Assembly (NCBI GenBank): GCA_965226375.1
Contig: CBDDCX010000008.1
Coordinates: forward strand, 1,984,001 to 2,048,000
DNA length: 64,000 bases
Origin: Longimicrobiales bacterium
GTDB taxonomy: Bacteria > Gemmatimonadota > Gemmatimonadetes > Longimicrobiales > Gaopeijiaceae
Reading direction: 5' to 3'
Below, piece after piece: positions 60,690 through 64,000 of the stretch. Under the pieces are notes generated by a model. The model did not search any database. It had not been told where the DNA came from and saw only the letters and a program-made list of their open reading frames with translations. Made by a program: the position numbers and the translations under genes. Within the stretch, counting starts at the first letter, position 1; each line of letters begins with the position of its first letter.

Positions 60690-62204
60690 ATGCAAAAAGT
60701 CGGGCTCGTCCTGGGCCCCACCCTCTTCCTCGTGACGACGCTATTCGACCTCGATCCGGGAAATCCGGCCGTCACCCGTATGGCCGCCGTGGCCCTCCTC
60801 ATGGCCACCTGGTGGATCACGGAAGCGATCCCGTTGTTCGCCACGGCCCTCCTTCCGCTGATCCTCTTTCCGTTACTGGGAATCGAGCGAGGCGGTGCCA
60901 CCGCACCGATCTATTTCAACAGCACCATCGTGCTGTTCCTGGGGGGCTTCATGATCGCCCTCACCATGGAGAAGTGGAATCTGCACAAGCGGATCGCTCT
61001 AAAGATCATTCAGACGATCGGTGGTGGACCGTCTCGCATTGTGCTTGGCTTCATGGTGGCGGCGGGGTTTCTGTCCATGTGGATCTCGAATACGGCCACG
61101 GCCATCATGATGATGCCCATCGGGCTCGCCATCATCCTGGAGATGGAGGAAGACTTCGGGGTCGAAGACACACACACGTTCTCCGTCGGTGTCATGCTGG
61201 CCATCGGCTACGCCTGTTCGGTGGGCGGCATCGCCACGCTCGTCGGAACCCCGCCCAATCTGTCCTTTGCCCGGATCTTCGAGATCACCTTTCCCGACGC
61301 GCCGGCCATCTCGTTCGGACAATGGATTCTGGTGGGGTTCCCGATCTCGGTAACCATGCTGCTGATCGCCTGGCTCCTGATCACCAAGGTCTTCTTCCGG
61401 GTGCCCGAACACGTCACGGTCGATCGACAGGTCGTGGATCGGCAGGCGGCAGCGCTCGGACCCGTGGCCTACGAGGAAAAGGCTGTACTCGTGGTCTTCG
61501 GGCTCACAGCGTTTCTCTGGGTGTTCAGGGTTCCTATCCAGCTCGGGTTCGTCACTATCCCAGGCTGGTCTCAGCTGATCCCCTTCCCCGGCCTCATCGA
61601 CGACGGCACGGTAGCCATAACCATGGCGACCATCCTGTTCCTGATCCCGAGTCGGACTCCCGGCGCGGCCTATCCGACCCTGGCGGGGAGGGACCTCATC
61701 CCCCGGCTGCCCTGGAACATCGTGCTCCTGTTCGGAGGCGGTTTCGCTTTGGCCTACGGCTTTCAGGCCACCGGTCTGTCCACCCTCATCGGGAACCAGT
61801 TCGCCGGACTCGCCGGCGTCTCCCCATTCGTTCTGGTCGTAGTGGTCTGTCTGACGCTGACGTTCCTGACCGAACTGACGTCGAACACGGCTACCACGGA
61901 GATGATTCTGCCGATCCTGGCGTCTGTGGCGGTCGCAACCAACGTGCACCCGTTGTTGCTGATGATCCCGGCCACCCTGTCGGCGTCGTGCGCCTTCATG
62001 ATGCCGGTGGCGACTCCGCCCAATGCCATCATCTTCGGAAGTGACCGGGTCCGGATTCCCGAGATGGCCCGGATCGGCCTCGTGCTCAACCTGATCGGCG
62101 TCCTGGTGATCTCGGTGATCTTCCTTTTCCTGGGAACCGCGATCTTCGGGATCGACCCCGGGGTCATGCCCGAATGGGCCACGCTCGGAGCCAACGGGCC
62201 ATAG
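60690..62204 (+). CDS. SLC13/DASS sodium:dicarboxylate or sulfate symporter
   Basis: WWITEAIP, SMWISNTAT, GTPPN, TELTSNTAT, PVATPPNAI. Confidence 0.93.
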   Translation: MQKVGLVLGPTLFLVTTLFDLDPGNPAVTRMAAVALLMATWWITEAIPLFATALLPLILFPLLGIERGGATAPIYFNSTIVLFLGGFMIALTMEKWNLHKRIALKIIQTIGGGPSRIVLGFMVAAGFLSMWISNTATAIMMMPIGLAIILEMEEDFGVEDTHTFSVGVMLAIGYACSVGGIATLVGTPPNLSFARIFEITFPDAPAISFGQWILVGFPISVTMLLIAWLLITKVFFRVPEHVTVDRQVVDRQAAALGPVAYEEKAVLVVFGLTAFLWVFRVPIQLGFVTIPGWSQLIPFPGLIDDGTVAITMATILFLIPSRTPGAAYPTLAGRDLIPRLPWNIVLLFGGGFALAYGFQATGLSTLIGNQFAGLAGVSPFVLVVVVCLTLTFLTELTSNTATTEMILPILASVAVATNVHPLLLMIPATLSASCAFMMPVATPPNAIIFGSDRVRIPEMARIGLVLNLIGVLVISVIFLFLGTAIFGIDPGVMPEWATLGANGP

Positions 62205-62229
62205 GACCTTCGGGACTCGAACGTAGGCC

Positions 62230-63999
62230 CTACCTGGGCCAGCCCGGCACCATCACGGGAGTCGGCTCCGGCGCTCCGGCAGCCACGCCCACCTGACCCG
62301 ACGTATTGAGACCCCAGCAGTAGATCTCTCCAAGACCGTTGAGCCCACAGGTGTGTTCCCCGAGGCCTGGCAACAGAAGGGTGATACCGTGCTGCATGGG
62401 AAGCAGTACGGGCGTGTCGTTGGTCCCGCCCGTGACCCCGATTCCCAACTCACCCGACGCGTTCAGACCCCAGCAGTACGTCAGTCCTGCCACGACCCCA
62501 CAGGTGTGTCCACCTCCAGCTGTGATGCTGGTGAAGGTGTGACCGCCCAGTACGAGCGTCGGCGTCGGGTTTGCGGTGGGCACCGCACCACCCGCCCCGA
62601 GTGAGCCGCTGATGTCCTCGCCCCAGCAGTAGCCCGCGCCGGTGTTCGTGTAACCACAAGAGTACCCCGCGCCCGCGGACATCCCAAAGAAGACGAACCC
62701 ACCCACGACCTGAACAGGCACGGAACGGCTAACCTGAGTACCGATTCCGAGCTGTCCCTGGTCGTTTAGGCCCCAGCAAAACAGGTTCCCTCCCAGGGTG
62801 AGAGCGCAAGTGTGGTCCGTCCCTGCACTGATAACCTGGAAGGATACGCCGGCCACCGCGGCGGGCGTCAGCGCGTCGGAAAGAGCGGCGTTGCCCAACC
62901 GTCCAGCGCCCCCGTCGCCCCAGCAGTAGGCTGCGCCGGTTCCGTCTAGCGCGCACGTGTGGGATTCTCCGGCACTGATGCGAACAAAGTGGAGGTCACC
63001 GCTCACCTTGACGGCATCGGGCCGGCTCACGGTGGTCCCATCGCCAAGCTGCCCGTCGTCGTTAAGCCCCCAGCAGTACGCCTCACCATTGGCGTCGAGA
63101 CCGCACGTGTGCGCGCCGCCCGCCGAAACCCTCATGAGAGTGACGTCATCGATCAACCGTGGCACCGAGCTGAAGGAGGGACCACTCCCCAACTGATCAT
63201 CGCCGTTGTCACCCCAGCAATACCAGGATCCGTCGGAGCCGGCGCGAGCACAGTTGTGGTTCTTACCGACTGTCAGGAAAGCTCCCGGACCGACCTGAGC
63301 GAAGGCCTCAGCCGTGAAGGTCGTGCTAGTCGCCCCCGCTGTCGAAACGGTAACCGTAGTCGTGCCAGCCGTCGCCGGTAGGGTAAGAACTGTACTCACG
63401 AGCCCTTGGCTATCCGTGCCAACGGGCTCGGGACTGATGGAGCCCGAGCTCGCACTCAGCGTGATCACAGCGAACGGGATCGGATTGCCGGAGGCATCCA
63501 CGACCCTGGCAACCAACGGGAGAGGGAGTGCGGTGGAGACCAACCCCACCTGTAGGTCACCCGAAACCTTCTCAACGGCTACCGGAGAGCCAACGAGCGC
63601 CGTTGCCGTAAACGTATCGCTGAGACCCAGGTCAAGGACGGATGCCGTGACCGTGACGGGCCCGGCAGTCTCCGGAAGTGTAAGAGTGGTACTCGCGAGC
63701 CCCTCGTCGTCGGTCGTTCCAGTCGTTGTGGTCAAGACCCCAGCGCTGGTGGAGAACTCCACGTCCTGTCCTACAGCAGGATTCCCGAAAGCGTCCTCGA
63801 GCTTCACGACCATAGGGGAAGCCAGAGTGGCCAGGACCACTCCCGTCTGGGAGTCACCCGAGACCTTTGTGATGCTCGTTGCGGGCCCGGCGACGCCATT
63901 AGCCGTGAAGTCGATCGCAAACTGTGCGATCGCCGCCCTCAATCGCTGGGTGCCCAGCAGAGTGCCCAACGTCCAGTCGACGCTCGCCCGGCCATCTTG
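62230..63999 (-). CDS. Surface protein with Big_1/invasin-like Ig domains and RCC1 repeats; 3' part only
   Basis: KVSGDSQ..DAFGNP..TDDEGLAST repeats; about seven HTC..YCWG.N..GQLG repeats; frame open to the window edge (DGRASVDWTLG). Confidence 0.88.
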   Translation of the reverse strand, partial: QDGRASVDWTLGTLLGTQRLRAAIAQFAIDFTANGVAGPATSITKVSGDSQTGVVLATLASPMVVKLEDAFGNPAVGQDVEFSTSAGVLTTTTGTTDDEGLASTTLTLPETAGPVTVTASVLDLGLSDTFTATALVGSPVAVEKVSGDLQVGLVSTALPLPLVARVVDASGNPIPFAVITLSASSGSISPEPVGTDSQGLVSTVLTLPATAGTTTVTVSTAGATSTTFTAEAFAQVGPGAFLTVGKNHNCARAGSDGSWYCWGDNGDDQLGSGPSFSSVPRLIDDVTLMRVSAGGAHTCGLDANGEAYCWGLNDDGQLGDGTTVSRPDAVKVSGDLHFVRISAGESHTCALDGTGAAYCWGDGGAGRLGNAALSDALTPAAVAGVSFQVISAGTDHTCALTLGGNLFCWGLNDQGQLGIGTQVSRSVPVQVVGGFVFFGMSAGAGYSCGYTNTGAGYCWGEDISGSLGAGGAVPTANPTPTLVLGGHTFTSITAGGGHTCGVVAGLTYCWGLNASGELGIGVTGGTNDTPVLLPMQHGITLLLPGLGEHTCGLNGLGEIYCWGLNTSGQVGVAAGAPEPTPVMVPGWPR

Positions 64000-64000
64000 C

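Noticed and set aside
1..64000. Defence systems, prophage, retron/DGR, tRNA or rRNA
   Set aside because: No RT, nuclease, phage structural or stable-RNA signatures recognised by eye; small divergent ncRNAs cannot be excluded without covariance searches.

Overview
GC-rich bacterial window. The gene content (PadR/ADOP pairs, many secreted peptidases, Big_1+RCC1 surface protein) suggests a Gemmatimonadota- or Acidobacteriota-like organism; this is inference. Intact features include a cobalamin riboswitch ahead of a TonB-dependent receptor, a complete moxR-DUF58-batABCDE operon, peptide and amino-acid scavenging genes, ppk2, yajQ, a DASS transporter and an intact IS3-family element. The strongest signal is patchy genome decay. 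At least four deletion junctions fuse unrelated genes (IS1595::hisA-IE, sensor::porin, IS481::permease, gcvT-like::oxidoreductase). There are also three short tandem duplications, three in-frame nonsense codons and several 1-bp frameshifts, and these lesions cluster in the same operons while neighbouring operons are clean. The best candidates for under-described systems are three translationally coupled PadR-orphan permease modules with AT-rich palindromic operators, a sigma54-type two-gene operon of unknown function, a divergent copper-motif / cytochrome c beta-propeller pair, and an IS3-like element with subterminal inverted repeats. All calls were made by eye with no database searches.
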